A stretch of 64,000 nt of DNA from Candidatus Latescibacterota bacterium (lineage in GTDB: Bacteria; Latescibacterota; UBA2968). The notes beneath the pieces were generated by a model. It was not told where the DNA came from and made no database searches. It was given only the letters and a program-made list of their open reading frames with translations. The translations under genes were made by a program, and so were the position numbers. The DNA lies in the NCBI GenBank assembly GCA_965198115.1, contig OZ240241.1, positions 1,984,001 through 2,048,000 on the forward strand. Reading direction: 5' to 3'. Below are positions 48,490 through 57,618 of this stretch, in pieces. Numbering within the stretch: position 1 is the stretch's first letter; the number at the start of each line of letters is the position of its first letter.

Positions 48490-48576
48490 ATTCTGAAAGA
48501 GATGAGGTCGTCGGTCTCTCCGAAGAGGAAGTGTCCCTCATAGCCTACCCCGACGGCCTTCGTGGAAACGAATAGC

Positions 48577-49428
48577 TCACCCGAGGAAGTACGGGTTGTA
48601 CGCTCTTTCCTCTGCCACCGTCGTCATGGGTCCGTGACCCGGAAAAACGCTCACCGATTCGGGTAGACTCAGGACCTTGTTCCACACGGCCTCGATCTGT
48701 CCCCGGTAGGCCGCATCCCCACTCCTTACCCCACCCAGCGACCCCGCAAAAAGAGCGTCCCCCGAGAAAAACGCCGTGTCGGCGTAGTATCCGATGCCGC
48801 CGGGTGTGTGACCCGGTAGCGCAAAAGCGGTCACCGGGACCTCACCGACCGCATCGTTCCACCCCTCCTCGACGAACACATCGATTTCGCTTCGCTGGCT
48901 GCCAAGCATCCCGGCGTCCGTCTGGCTGCAATGCACGCGAGCGCCGGTCGCTCGCTTCATGTCGGAAAGGGCCCCGACGTGGTCCCCGTGGCCGTGCGTT
49001 AACAGAATGTGAGTGATGTCGGCGTCGACACGCGAGATCAATCCCTCTATGAGGTCGGGCTGCCCCCCTGCGTCGACGAGCGCCCCCTTCCCCGACCGTT
49101 TGCACTTGAGGACGTAGGCATTGACTTCCATGCCCGCACTGAGGATCACTCGATCGACCAGCGTCGCCTCCGTTTCAACCGCGTCATTGCCCTTCTCGGG
49201 CACCCAGCCGTGGGCGATCCCCACGAGTTTGTCACCATCCAGTTCCAGAATGCTCGCCAGGGCACGAATCGTCTCGTCGTCAGGGATCAGATCGTAGGAA
49301 CCGATCCGACCCAGATCGCCCGCTGATAAACCCGTTCGTGTCGTGATGTCGCGATCCGACACACCCAGGCCGTTCCGAGCCTTCCCCACGATGTCGCCGA
49401 AGAAATCCTCGAGTGTCGTGTAGGCCAC
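48577..49428 (-). CDS. MBL-fold hydrolase with N-terminal XRE-like HTH
   Basis: LEDFFGDIVGKAR HTH-like region, THGHGDH, PGHTPG, GDALF, PGHG. AAGGAGG SD before GTG 49428. Confidence 0.85.
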   Translation of the reverse strand: MAYTTLEDFFGDIVGKARNGLGVSDRDITTRTGLSAGDLGRIGSYDLIPDDETIRALASILELDGDKLVGIAHGWVPEKGNDAVETEATLVDRVILSAGMEVNAYVLKCKRSGKGALVDAGGQPDLIEGLISRVDADITHILLTHGHGDHVGALSDMKRATGARVHCSQTDAGMLGSQRSEIDVFVEEGWNDAVGEVPVTAFALPGHTPGGIGYYADTAFFSGDALFAGSLGGVRSGDAAYRGQIEAVWNKVLSLPESVSVFPGHGPMTTVAEERAYNPYFLG

Positions 49429-49575
49429 CTTTTCCTCCTTATGGGTCACGGTTTTGCGGATCAGGATGATAGGGGACCCACATCGGCCGAACAAGCGGCA
49501 TTGTTCACCGGATAGTCGTTGCACACGATCGCGTTATCCCTATCTTCTTCGCTGTCCAAATCTGGTTCCGTCTCC

Positions 49576-50289
49576 ATGCCCGACGCAGTGAATCCCAAAC
49601 AGATCGCCGGCGAACGAGCCGCCAGCTACGTCCTCACCGACACGGTCGTGGGACTTGGCACGGGTTCCACGGCTTATTTTGCGATCCGGCGGCTCGGAGA
49701 GCGCGTGACCGAAGGACTGTCGATTCGGGGCGTGCCCACATCCAGGCAGTCGCACGATCTTGCCAGGGAATTCGGCATTCCGCTGACCGATCTGGGCGAA
49801 GTCGAACGTATCGACCTCACGATCGACGGCGCGGACGAAGTGGATTCAGACTTCAACCTCACCAAGGGCGGCGGGGGCGCTTTGCTCCGCGAGAAAATCG
49901 TAGCAGCCGCCTCGGTGCGCGAGATCATCGTCGCCGACGAGACCAAAATGTGTCGTTCGCTCGGCGCCTTTCCGCTGCCGGTAGAGGTCACTCCGTTCGG
50001 GTGGCAAGCCACGCAGCGGAGCCTGGCCGACCTCGGATGCGTCCCCGCCCGGAGGAAAGGCAACGGCGCGACGTTCGAGACCGACAACGGAAACTACATC
50101 ATCGACTGTCCCTTCGGTTCGATCGACGATCCGAAGCGTCTCGAAGGACAGATCAATCGAATCCCCGGGGTCGTCGACTGCGGTCTCTTTTGCGGCCTCG
50201 CCCATCACATCATCATCGGCAAGTCGGACGGGACGTGCGAGGAGCTGACCGGGCCCGGCGAAAGCCCGACCCGCGGGGAGAAAGCATGA
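49576..50289 (+). CDS. rpiA: Ribose-5-phosphate isomerase A
   Basis: [31 protein letters not shown]. Confidence 0.96.
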   Translation: MPDAVNPKQIAGERAASYVLTDTVVGLGTGSTAYFAIRRLGERVTEGLSIRGVPTSRQSHDLAREFGIPLTDLGEVERIDLTIDGADEVDSDFNLTKGGGGALLREKIVAAASVREIIVADETKMCRSLGAFPLPVEVTPFGWQATQRSLADLGCVPARRKGNGATFETDNGNYIIDCPFGSIDDPKRLEGQINRIPGVVDCGLFCGLAHHIIIGKSDGTCEELTGPGESPTRGEKA

Positions 50290-51158
50290 GTATCCTGATC
50301 GATTCGGAGACGCGGGTCCTGGTCCAGGGGATCACCGGAGGAGAGGGCTCGTTCCACACGAGTCAGATGATCGAGTACGGAACGCAGGTCGTCGGCGGGG
50401 TCACACCCGGCAAGGGTGGCCAGCAGGCCGAGGGCGTTCCTGTCTTCGACACGGTGGCGGAGGCGAAAGAGGCTACGGGCGCCGACGCCTCGGTCATCTT
50501 CGTGCCGGGTCCGTTCGCGGCCGACGCGATCATGGAAGCGGCCGACGCGGGCCTGGAGCTGGTCGTCTGCATCAGCGAATACATTCCCGTCCTGCAAATG
50601 GTCAACGCCAAGCAGTACTTGTCGACACGAACGACGCGGCTGGTCGGCCCGAACTGTCCGGGCGTCATCTCACCGGGTCAGTGCAAGATCGGCATCATGC
50701 CCGGGTCGATTCACAAGGAAGGCTCGATCGGCGTGATCTCACGCAGCGGGACCCTCACCTACGAAGCTGTGCACCAGCTGACCCACATTGGACTCGGCCA
50801 GACGACGTGCGTCGGAATCGGAGGCGACCCCGTCAACGGAACCAACTTTATCGACTGCTTAAAATTGTTCAAAGATGACGATCGGACCGAGGCCGTCGTG
50901 ATGATCGGTGAAATCGGGGGGTCGGCTGAAGAGGAGGCGGCCGCCTACATACAGGCGGAGTTCAACAAACCGGTCGTCAGCTTCATCGCCGGCCAGACCG
51001 CTCCACCCGGCCGGAGAATGGGACACGCGGGGGCGATCATTTCTGGCGGGCACGGTACGGCCGACGAAAAAATGGCGGCGCTCCAGGCGGCGGGGATCCA
51101 CGTGACGAAGAGCCCCGCAGACATCGGCGACACGGTCGTCACGGCACTCAAAAACTGA
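50286..51158 (+). CDS. sucD: Succinyl-CoA synthetase alpha subunit
   Basis: [38 protein letters not shown] overlap with rpiA. Confidence 0.95.
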   Translation: MSILIDSETRVLVQGITGGEGSFHTSQMIEYGTQVVGGVTPGKGGQQAEGVPVFDTVAEAKEATGADASVIFVPGPFAADAIMEAADAGLELVVCISEYIPVLQMVNAKQYLSTRTTRLVGPNCPGVISPGQCKIGIMPGSIHKEGSIGVISRSGTLTYEAVHQLTHIGLGQTTCVGIGGDPVNGTNFIDCLKLFKDDDRTEAVVMIGEIGGSAEEEAAAYIQAEFNKPVVSFIAGQTAPPGRRMGHAGAIISGGHGTADEKMAALQAAGIHVTKSPADIGDTVVTALKN

Positions 51159-51171
51159 CTCGACACACTCG

Positions 51172-51210
51172 AAAAAAGGAAGGGCGCCAGATGTGAGTCT
51201 GGTGCCCTTC
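51172..51210 (-). terminator. Intrinsic terminator between convergent genes
   Basis: GAAGGGCGCCAGA/TCTGGTGCCCTTC stem with an A6 run that reads as U6 on the minus strand. Confidence 0.7.
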
Positions 51211-51238
51211 TCCATTGGACCCACAGGTCACTGCCGAT

Positions 51239-52102
51239 CTACCTCAGAATCTCCTCCAAATTGGCTTTGGCCTCGAGCAACCCTTCCTGGTTCAGGGCTG
51301 TACTGCCTCCATACCGACCATCCTCGAGCTCGATCGCGAGCGGCCCGTCGTAGCCGAATTCTTCAAGGCGTGCGACAACCCAATACCAGTTCACGTCTCC
51401 CCATCCCGGCACACAATAGCGCCACCACCCCTCGCCGTGGCTGTAGCGTCTACCGAACGACTGGCCCAGACAGCCGTACTCATACAGCCCGTCTTCCAGA
51501 ATCTCCGTGTCTTTGGCGTGGACGTGTCTGACGCGATCCCCGAACTCGACGAGCAGACGCTGGTAATCGACGCCGATACGCACGAAGTGGGACGGATCGT
51601 AGCAGATTCCGAGGTGGGGCGATGGGACCGCACCGAACACGGCGCGGAGCGTCTCTGGCGTGCACCCGAGGTTGGGATACGCCGGCCCCGGACCCGGGAA
51701 GGGCTCGATCGCAAGGTGCACCCCGACCTTTTCCGCCTCTTTGACGATGCCGGGATAGACCCTTTTGAACACCTTGAATGTCTCTGCCCTCGGCTGAAGT
51801 CGATCGTCCGGTGTCAGACAGACGAATACCACCGACCCTCCGATCTTGGCCGTCTCTCGAATGCGTCTTTTGGTGTCGGCCACACCCTTTCTCCGCCTCT
51901 TGGCATCCGTCGACAGCACATTGCCCCCCGCGCCCCAATCGACAGTGCCCAGGCCGATGCCGACTTCGTCACACACCTTTTTATGGGCGGGCGTCGCGTC
52001 GGGCAGATCGACCGACCCGAAACCGTTCTCCGCAGCCCATCTGATCGTGCCATCGATCCCCATGTCGAGACTCATGGGCGGCATCCGCATACCGACGTGC
52101 AT
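51239..52102 (-). CDS. Sugar phosphate isomerase/epimerase (xylose isomerase-like TIM barrel)
   Basis: LAIEP, YDPSH, HVHAKD, PGWGDVNW, IELE. Confidence 0.88.
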   Translation of the reverse strand: MHVGMRMPPMSLDMGIDGTIRWAAENGFGSVDLPDATPAHKKVCDEVGIGLGTVDWGAGGNVLSTDAKRRRKGVADTKRRIRETAKIGGSVVFVCLTPDDRLQPRAETFKVFKRVYPGIVKEAEKVGVHLAIEPFPGPGPAYPNLGCTPETLRAVFGAVPSPHLGICYDPSHFVRIGVDYQRLLVEFGDRVRHVHAKDTEILEDGLYEYGCLGQSFGRRYSHGEGWWRYCVPGWGDVNWYWVVARLEEFGYDGPLAIELEDGRYGGSTALNQEGLLEAKANLEEILR

Positions 52103-52234
52103 CACAGCCTCCTTGTCATTCGATCGTCGTCCACAGCCGACGCAACGGTACCCGCACCCCTGGCCGAGGTCAAGCGCGAATGGCTGGATGACCGGTTGCC
52201 CGACGCTCTCGGGCGTACTATCCTACGTTTCACG

Positions 52235-52966
52235 ATGGACGCCAACCTGGACATAGACGCGTACGAAACCGCCGTTGCCGCCCTCCACCCGGACGGGCCG
52301 GACACGCATCTCTTTCTCCCGGTAAACGCGGGGACGAACGGGCGCGCCATCCTCCTGCTCGACGCTTCGTTCAACCCTCCCACGGTCGCTCACTGGACAA
52401 TGGTCGAACGAGGGTGCGCCGCCCTGCACACATCCGGCGCCGCACTCGTGCTCTCCTCCTCCAACGTCGACAAACAGGTCTTTGGCGCCACGCTCGGACA
52501 GCGCATTGCCATGATGGTCGCGCTCGCCAGCACGAGGCCCGACACCACCGTCGCCGCCTGCTGCTACGCGCGATTCGTCGACAAGGCCACGGCCCTCGCC
52601 CGCTTGTTTCCGAGCAGAAAGCTAGTGTTCGCCATCGGCTACGACACGTTGATCCGGCTGTTCGACGAACGCTACTACGATCGGATGGACCACGACCTCG
52701 AAAGACTGTTCGCGACCGCCACCGTCATCGTCGCCAATCGCGACACCGGCGATCTGGACCAGATTGACCGTTTTCTCGACCATCCTTCGCGGCAACCCTA
52801 TCGGGACTCGATCCAGCGCCTCTCTCTACCCCCGGCAATGAGCTCCATCTCGTCGTCTGAGATCCGAGCTCGCGTCCCCGGTGGCCAAACCCTGAGTGGT
52901 CTCGTTCCCCCACCCGTCGACGACTTCATCCAGCGCCACGGCCTGTATAGCGAAACCCCCCAGTAG
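52235..52966 (+). CDS. NadD/NMNAT-like nucleotidyltransferase
   Basis: LLDASFNPPTVAH, NVDK, RFVDK, GYDTLIRLFD.RYY, ISSSEIR. Start reassigned to ATG 52235. Confidence 0.8.
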   Translation: MDANLDIDAYETAVAALHPDGPDTHLFLPVNAGTNGRAILLLDASFNPPTVAHWTMVERGCAALHTSGAALVLSSSNVDKQVFGATLGQRIAMMVALASTRPDTTVAACCYARFVDKATALARLFPSRKLVFAIGYDTLIRLFDERYYDRMDHDLERLFATATVIVANRDTGDLDQIDRFLDHPSRQPYRDSIQRLSLPPAMSSISSSEIRARVPGGQTLSGLVPPPVDDFIQRHGLYSETPQ

Positions 52967-53011
52967 CCTGTCTACCGGGGGGCTCGATGAGATATCCTGC
53001 GGAACAAAGTC

Positions 53012-53458
53012 TCAGCCCGCAGCACGATCCTCCTGCGCTGCCACAATCATATCGAGCGCGGCCAGATACCCGCGCCACCGGAAGCCCGCGATCTGTCCGA
53101 TGGCAATGGCTGTGAAGCAGGAATGGTGGCGGAACGCCTCGCGGGAGTGAATGTTCGAGAGATGGACTTCCGCGAACGGCAGACCGCTGTCTTCAAGCGC
53201 GTCTCTGAGCGAGTAGCCGTTTCCCGTGAGGCCGGCGGGATTGATGATGATGGCGGCCACTTCGTCCCGCGCCTCCTGCACGCGGTCGACGAGCGCACCC
53301 TCGTGGTTGGACTGGAAGAAAGAAACCTCGCACCCCAGGTCGCTCGCTCGTTCGGCAATCCGCTCGTGAATCTCCTCCATCGTCATCGCGCCGTAGTGCG
53401 CCTCCTTGCGCTTCCCCAGCATGTTGATGTTTGGGCCCTGCAAGACCAGAATCTTCAC
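53012..53458 (-). CDS. aroQ: Type II 3-dehydroquinate dehydratase
   Basis: GPNINMLGKR, QSNHEG, INPA, EVHLSNIHSREAFRH. Confidence 0.95.
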   Translation of the reverse strand: MKILVLQGPNINMLGKRKEAHYGAMTMEEIHERIAERASDLGCEVSFFQSNHEGALVDRVQEARDEVAAIIINPAGLTGNGYSLRDALEDSGLPFAEVHLSNIHSREAFRHHSCFTAIAIGQIAGFRWRGYLAALDMIVAAQEDRAAG

Positions 53459-53471
53459 GCTTCCTCCAGAT

Positions 53472-54335
53472 CTACCCAACAGCGGTCGGCTCCAGCAATA
53501 GCCCAAGGAGGTGGGACAACCTCTGCTTCATTTCGGTCCTGGGCACGACCATGTCGACAAAGCCGTGCTCCAGCACCTTCTCCGCTCGCTGGGCCTGTCG
53601 GAGTGCCTCGAGCTCCTCTTCGCCGACCGAACTCCCCGTAATGCGCTCCCCCGTGAAGCCGATCAGCGCGTTGGGTTCGGCGATGTTGATGTCCCCGAGG
53701 AGCGCGTAACTCGCGCTCACGCCGGCTGTCGTGGGATCGGTCAGGACGGAAATGAACGGAAGGCCGGCATCGGCCAGTCCGGTGAGCTTCGCGTTGATCT
53801 TTGCGAGTTGCATGAGCGCGAGGGCGCTCTCCTGCATTCGGGCACCGCCCGAACGACAGATCATGATCAGGGGGAGCCCGTCGGCAATGCAGCGGTCGAT
53901 CAGTCGGGATATCCGCTCCCCCTCGGCGGAACCCAGTGAGCCCCCGATGAAGCCGAATTCGTGGATGCCCACACCCACGTCGCGGCCGTCGATCCGCCCG
54001 ACACCCACACACACCGCGGCCTGCATCCCCGTTCGCTTTCCGTATTCCTTGATCCGATCTCCATACTTGATTCGGTCCTCGAACCCGAGGGCGTCCGTCG
54101 ACCGAACATTCGCCGCGATCTCCTCGAAACTCTCAGCGTCGAGGATCACGTCCAGGAACTGTCTGTGGTGCACCCGGAAGTGGTGGCCGCAATTCGGACA
54201 GATCCCCGCATTCGCCTGGAGATGTTTGCGGAGAGCCATCTGGTGGCATCGCTCGCATTTGACGTAGAGATTATCGGGCATCCCCCGCCGTACGACCGTC
54301 TGGATACCCGATTTGAGTCTCTCGAACCAGTTCAT
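53472..54335 (-). CDS. accD: Acetyl-CoA carboxylase carboxyltransferase beta
   Basis: CERC/CPNC zinc finger, FIGGSLG, SGGARMQE, AEPNALIGF. Confidence 0.93.
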   Translation of the reverse strand: MNWFERLKSGIQTVVRRGMPDNLYVKCERCHQMALRKHLQANAGICPNCGHHFRVHHRQFLDVILDAESFEEIAANVRSTDALGFEDRIKYGDRIKEYGKRTGMQAAVCVGVGRIDGRDVGVGIHEFGFIGGSLGSAEGERISRLIDRCIADGLPLIMICRSGGARMQESALALMQLAKINAKLTGLADAGLPFISVLTDPTTAGVSASYALLGDINIAEPNALIGFTGERITGSSVGEEELEALRQAQRAEKVLEHGFVDMVVPRTEMKQRLSHLLGLLLEPTAVG

Positions 54336-54577
54336 CACGTCTCCTGGCGACGTTGTTTCGGAGATCTTTGTAGCAGAATGGGCGAAATATAGGCCCTCGC
54401 GATGGCCCGAACAAGCCTGATGTCCCGTTTCGAATCGAGCTATTCGGCTATCTAATTCTCATCCTCGAATACGAATACCATAAAACCGAATAAAAACAGT
54501 AATTTAGAGCCTATCACCTGAATACTTCTCTTTGGATTCTCCAAGCACCATTCTTAAAGGAAACTCCAGTTTTACTA

Positions 54578-54606
54578 TTGACTCGGTTTCGGGTTACTTA
54601 TAGATT
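54578..54606 (+). promoter_or_regulatory. Sigma70-like promoter of lysR
   Basis: TTGACT-17 bp-TAGATT in an AT-rich intergenic region. Confidence 0.5.
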
Positions 54607-54699
54607 TAAAGCTCGTCGTTTCAGGCTGCTTATATTCCCTCGGCGCACTGTCCTGGTCGGGGCCCATTAACCACCAGCCTCAGATACGGAGAAACCCGC

Positions 54700-55617
54700 G
54701 TGCTCGTCGAAAGCCTCAAAGTTTTCTGCGATCTGGTCGAAACACAGAGTTTCTCGAAGACCGCCGTCCTCAATTCGGTCACGCAATCGGCCGTCAGCCA
54801 ACAGCTCAAAAGCATAGAAAAGCGTCAAGGCAAACAACTGCTCGAGCGCGAAAAACGGCGTCTCACCCTCACGGCCGAGGGTGAGATTTTCTACCGCTAC
54901 GCAAGGGAGATCGTCAGGCGATTCGAGGAGATGCAGCATCGTATTCAGGCGCTGGGAGGCATCGTCTCGGGCACGGTCCGGCTGGCCGCCATCTACAGCG
55001 TGGGCATGCTCGAGCTGGCCCCCCACCTGAAGGCCTACATCAAAGCCTTTCCCAAGGTGAATCTGAGGCTCCAGTACGATCAACCCCAGAAGATCTACGA
55101 CGATGTGGCCAGCAGCGAGATCGACCTGGGCATCGTCGCCTACCCCCGTGCTCAACGCAACGTCGAGGTGCTCCCGTTTACCGAGGATACGATGGTCGTG
55201 GCGTGCAACCCGGATAACGAACTGGCCAAAAAGACCCGTCTCGCGCCGCGCGACCTGGACGGACGCCCGCTGATTCTGTTTACACCCGAAACACCCACCC
55301 GGCGTGCCATCGACCGCTATCTACGCAAACACGGCGTGAAACCGAACGTGGTCATGGAACTCGACCACATCGCGACGATCAAACACGCCGTCGAAGTCGA
55401 TATTGGCGTATCGATCATACCCAATCTATCCGTCGACTACGAAAGATCCTGGGGTACGCTCACAACCGTCAACTTCGAGGGCGATGCTTTCGGTCGACCT
55501 GTCGGTATCCTCTATCGAAAGGGACGCAGCTTCAGTCTGGCCACACAGAAACTGGTGGAGGTCCTTTCCGAGAGCAGACAGAGCCAAGCGACCGAGAAGG
55601 TGGAGGTAGAGGCCTGA
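54700..55617 (+). CDS. LysR-family transcriptional regulator
   Basis: SFSKTA...TQSAVSQQLKSIE, LTAEG, substrate-binding domain. Confidence 0.93.
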   Translation: MLVESLKVFCDLVETQSFSKTAVLNSVTQSAVSQQLKSIEKRQGKQLLEREKRRLTLTAEGEIFYRYAREIVRRFEEMQHRIQALGGIVSGTVRLAAIYSVGMLELAPHLKAYIKAFPKVNLRLQYDQPQKIYDDVASSEIDLGIVAYPRAQRNVEVLPFTEDTMVVACNPDNELAKKTRLAPRDLDGRPLILFTPETPTRRAIDRYLRKHGVKPNVVMELDHIATIKHAVEVDIGVSIIPNLSVDYERSWGTLTTVNFEGDAFGRPVGILYRKGRSFSLATQKLVEVLSESRQSQATEKVEVEA

Positions 55618-55701
55618 GCGTCTGAAACGAAACGCGCATTCGGGCGTTAGCAGACGACCCAGACACTCGTCGCCGGGGACCCGAATCACCGGAAAACACC
55701 G

Positions 55702-57606
55702 ATGTCGCGTCCTTTCCTTCCGATCCTTGTTGTGATCCTCCTCATTGGGCTCTGCACGGGCATATCCGCGCAGAGCCCTGCTCATTTCACCGTCTCGGCA
55801 ACACGCGACGACATTCGTCGGGGCGAGGTCTTCGGCGTCGAAATCGCCGTCACGCTCGAAGACGACTGGCACATCTACGCTCCCACGACCCCGCCTGGCG
55901 GCCCCATTCCCACCGAAATCGACGTGGACTCGTCGGGATCGTTCGTCCGCGTGGGGAAGATTCTTCAGCCCCCACCCGTTGCCGCCCACGATCCGAATTT
56001 CGATCTACGTGTCGAATACTACGGAAAGGCCACCACGTTCACCGCCCAGGTGCGTGTCGATTCCGCCGCAGCGGTCGGTTCCGAGCAACTGCTCGGGTCG
56101 ATCACCTACATGTTGTGCAACGAGAACGCCTGTCTGCCGCCCGTGACATACGACTTCTCCGTTCCTGTGAATATCGGTGCAGGGCCCGCCAGACAGACCT
56201 TCGCAACTCCAGTTGTTCTCGGCAGGTCTGCCCTTCCGATTTTCGACGGAACGGGGAGCACGGCGGATGTGGATCGGGCGATCACCACCGGCTTTGGCGC
56301 CTTCCTGTATCTTTCGATCAGCATGGGGTTTCTCGCACTCCTCACACCGTGCGTTTTCCCCATGGTCCCCATCACGGTCTCCTTCTTCACCAAACAGGGT
56401 GAGACCGGGACGCAACGCGCCACCGATCGGGTGGGGCGATCCCTTCTCTACTGTGTAGGAATCGTTCTGACCTTCACGAGCCTGGGCATTCTCCTGGCCT
56501 CGACGATCGGCGCAGCGGGCGCTGCGTTGTTCGCGGCGAATCCCTGGGTCAACATCCTGATCGCCCTGCTCTTCGTGATCTTCGCGCTCAGCCTCTTCGG
56601 GTTGTTCGAGATCCAGCTCCCCTCCTCACTCGTAAACCGGCTGAACCGGTCACAGGCAGGTGGCCACGCGGGCATTCTGCTTATGGGGCTGACGTTCTCG
56701 GTCACCTCTTTCACCTGCACGGCTCCCTTCGTAGGCACGCTCCTGGTTCTGACGACGCAGGGGACGTGGATGTGGCCGATCGCCGGCATGCTCGCCTTCT
56801 CCACGGCATTCGCCCTGCCTTTTTTCTTTCTGTCCCTCTTTCCTCAGAGCCTGAACGCACTCCCGAAGAGTGGGGGCTGGCTGAATTCCGTCAAGGTCGT
56901 CATGGGTTTTCTCGAACTCGCCGCCGCCCTCAAATTCGTGAGCAACGTCGACCTCGTCTGGAACTGGGGGATCCTGTCCCGGGAAGTGTTCCTCGCAATC
57001 TGGACCGCGCTGTTCGTCGTCTGCGCCATCTACCTGCTCGGAAAGATCAGGTTGCCTCACGACACGGTTGTCGAGTCGATCGGCCCTGCCCGCCTGATGA
57101 GCAGCGTCGCGTGCTTCGCCTTCAGCCTTTTCCTGGTGACCGGTCTTTTCGGCGCCCCCCTTGGCGAACTCGACGCCTTCTTCCCCCCGTACAGCCAGTC
57201 CGGCCCGGCTTCATCCCAACGGGCCGAAGAACTGCCGTGGCTGGAGGATTTCGAGACTGCCCTCGCGACGGCTCGGGAAGAGCAGAAGCTCGTGTTCGTC
57301 GATTTTACAGGCTATGCGTGTACGAATTGCAGGTGGATGGAAGCCAACGTCTTCTCCCGGCCCGACATTCGTCAAACGCTGGAGAGGTACGTGCGTGTCC
57401 AGCTCTACACGGACGGACAGGGGGAACGCTACGAACGAAACCGGGCGCTTCAGCAGGATCGGTTCGGAACGGTCGCCCTTCCCTTTTATGCCGTGCTCTC
57501 TGGAACGGGAGAAGAGGTGTTGAGGTTTCCGGGCATGACCCGCGACATCGATCGTTTTCGTCAGTTCCTCGAGCACGCCCTGAACACCCACCTGACGACC
57601 CTTTGA
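55702..57606 (+). CDS. dsbD: Thiol:disulfide interchange protein DsbD
   Basis: WHIY, CNENACLPP, LTPCVFPM, FTCTAPF, DFTGYACTNC. Confidence 0.92.
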   Translation: MSRPFLPILVVILLIGLCTGISAQSPAHFTVSATRDDIRRGEVFGVEIAVTLEDDWHIYAPTTPPGGPIPTEIDVDSSGSFVRVGKILQPPPVAAHDPNFDLRVEYYGKATTFTAQVRVDSAAAVGSEQLLGSITYMLCNENACLPPVTYDFSVPVNIGAGPARQTFATPVVLGRSALPIFDGTGSTADVDRAITTGFGAFLYLSISMGFLALLTPCVFPMVPITVSFFTKQGETGTQRATDRVGRSLLYCVGIVLTFTSLGILLASTIGAAGAALFAANPWVNILIALLFVIFALSLFGLFEIQLPSSLVNRLNRSQAGGHAGILLMGLTFSVTSFTCTAPFVGTLLVLTTQGTWMWPIAGMLAFSTAFALPFFFLSLFPQSLNALPKSGGWLNSVKVVMGFLELAAALKFVSNVDLVWNWGILSREVFLAIWTALFVVCAIYLLGKIRLPHDTVVESIGPARLMSSVACFAFSLFLVTGLFGAPLGELDAFFPPYSQSGPASSQRAEELPWLEDFETALATAREEQKLVFVDFTGYACTNCRWMEANVFSRPDIRQTLERYVRVQLYTDGQGERYERNRALQQDRFGTVALPFYAVLSGTGEEVLRFPGMTRDIDRFRQFLEHALNTHLTTL

Positions 57607-57618
57607 AAAGACTTTCCC

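Larger units (their letters stand above)
46883..48575 (+). pseudogene. Small coiled-coil protein gene interrupted by IS256
   Basis: Removing the IS and one TSD copy restores the frame ...FEVSNSE-RDEVVGLSEEEVSLIAYPDGLRGNE*. The SD-associated ATG 46883 has an in-frame TAA at codon 3. Confidence 0.7.

Noticed and set aside
49950-50285. Extension of sucD
   Set aside because: It overlaps rpiA in another frame; MSILID at 50286 is the canonical start.
51215-52234. Long N-terminal extension of the 583-aa ORF
   Set aside because: It is an antisense shadow of the TIM-barrel gene; the real protein starts at 52235 after its own promoter-like site.
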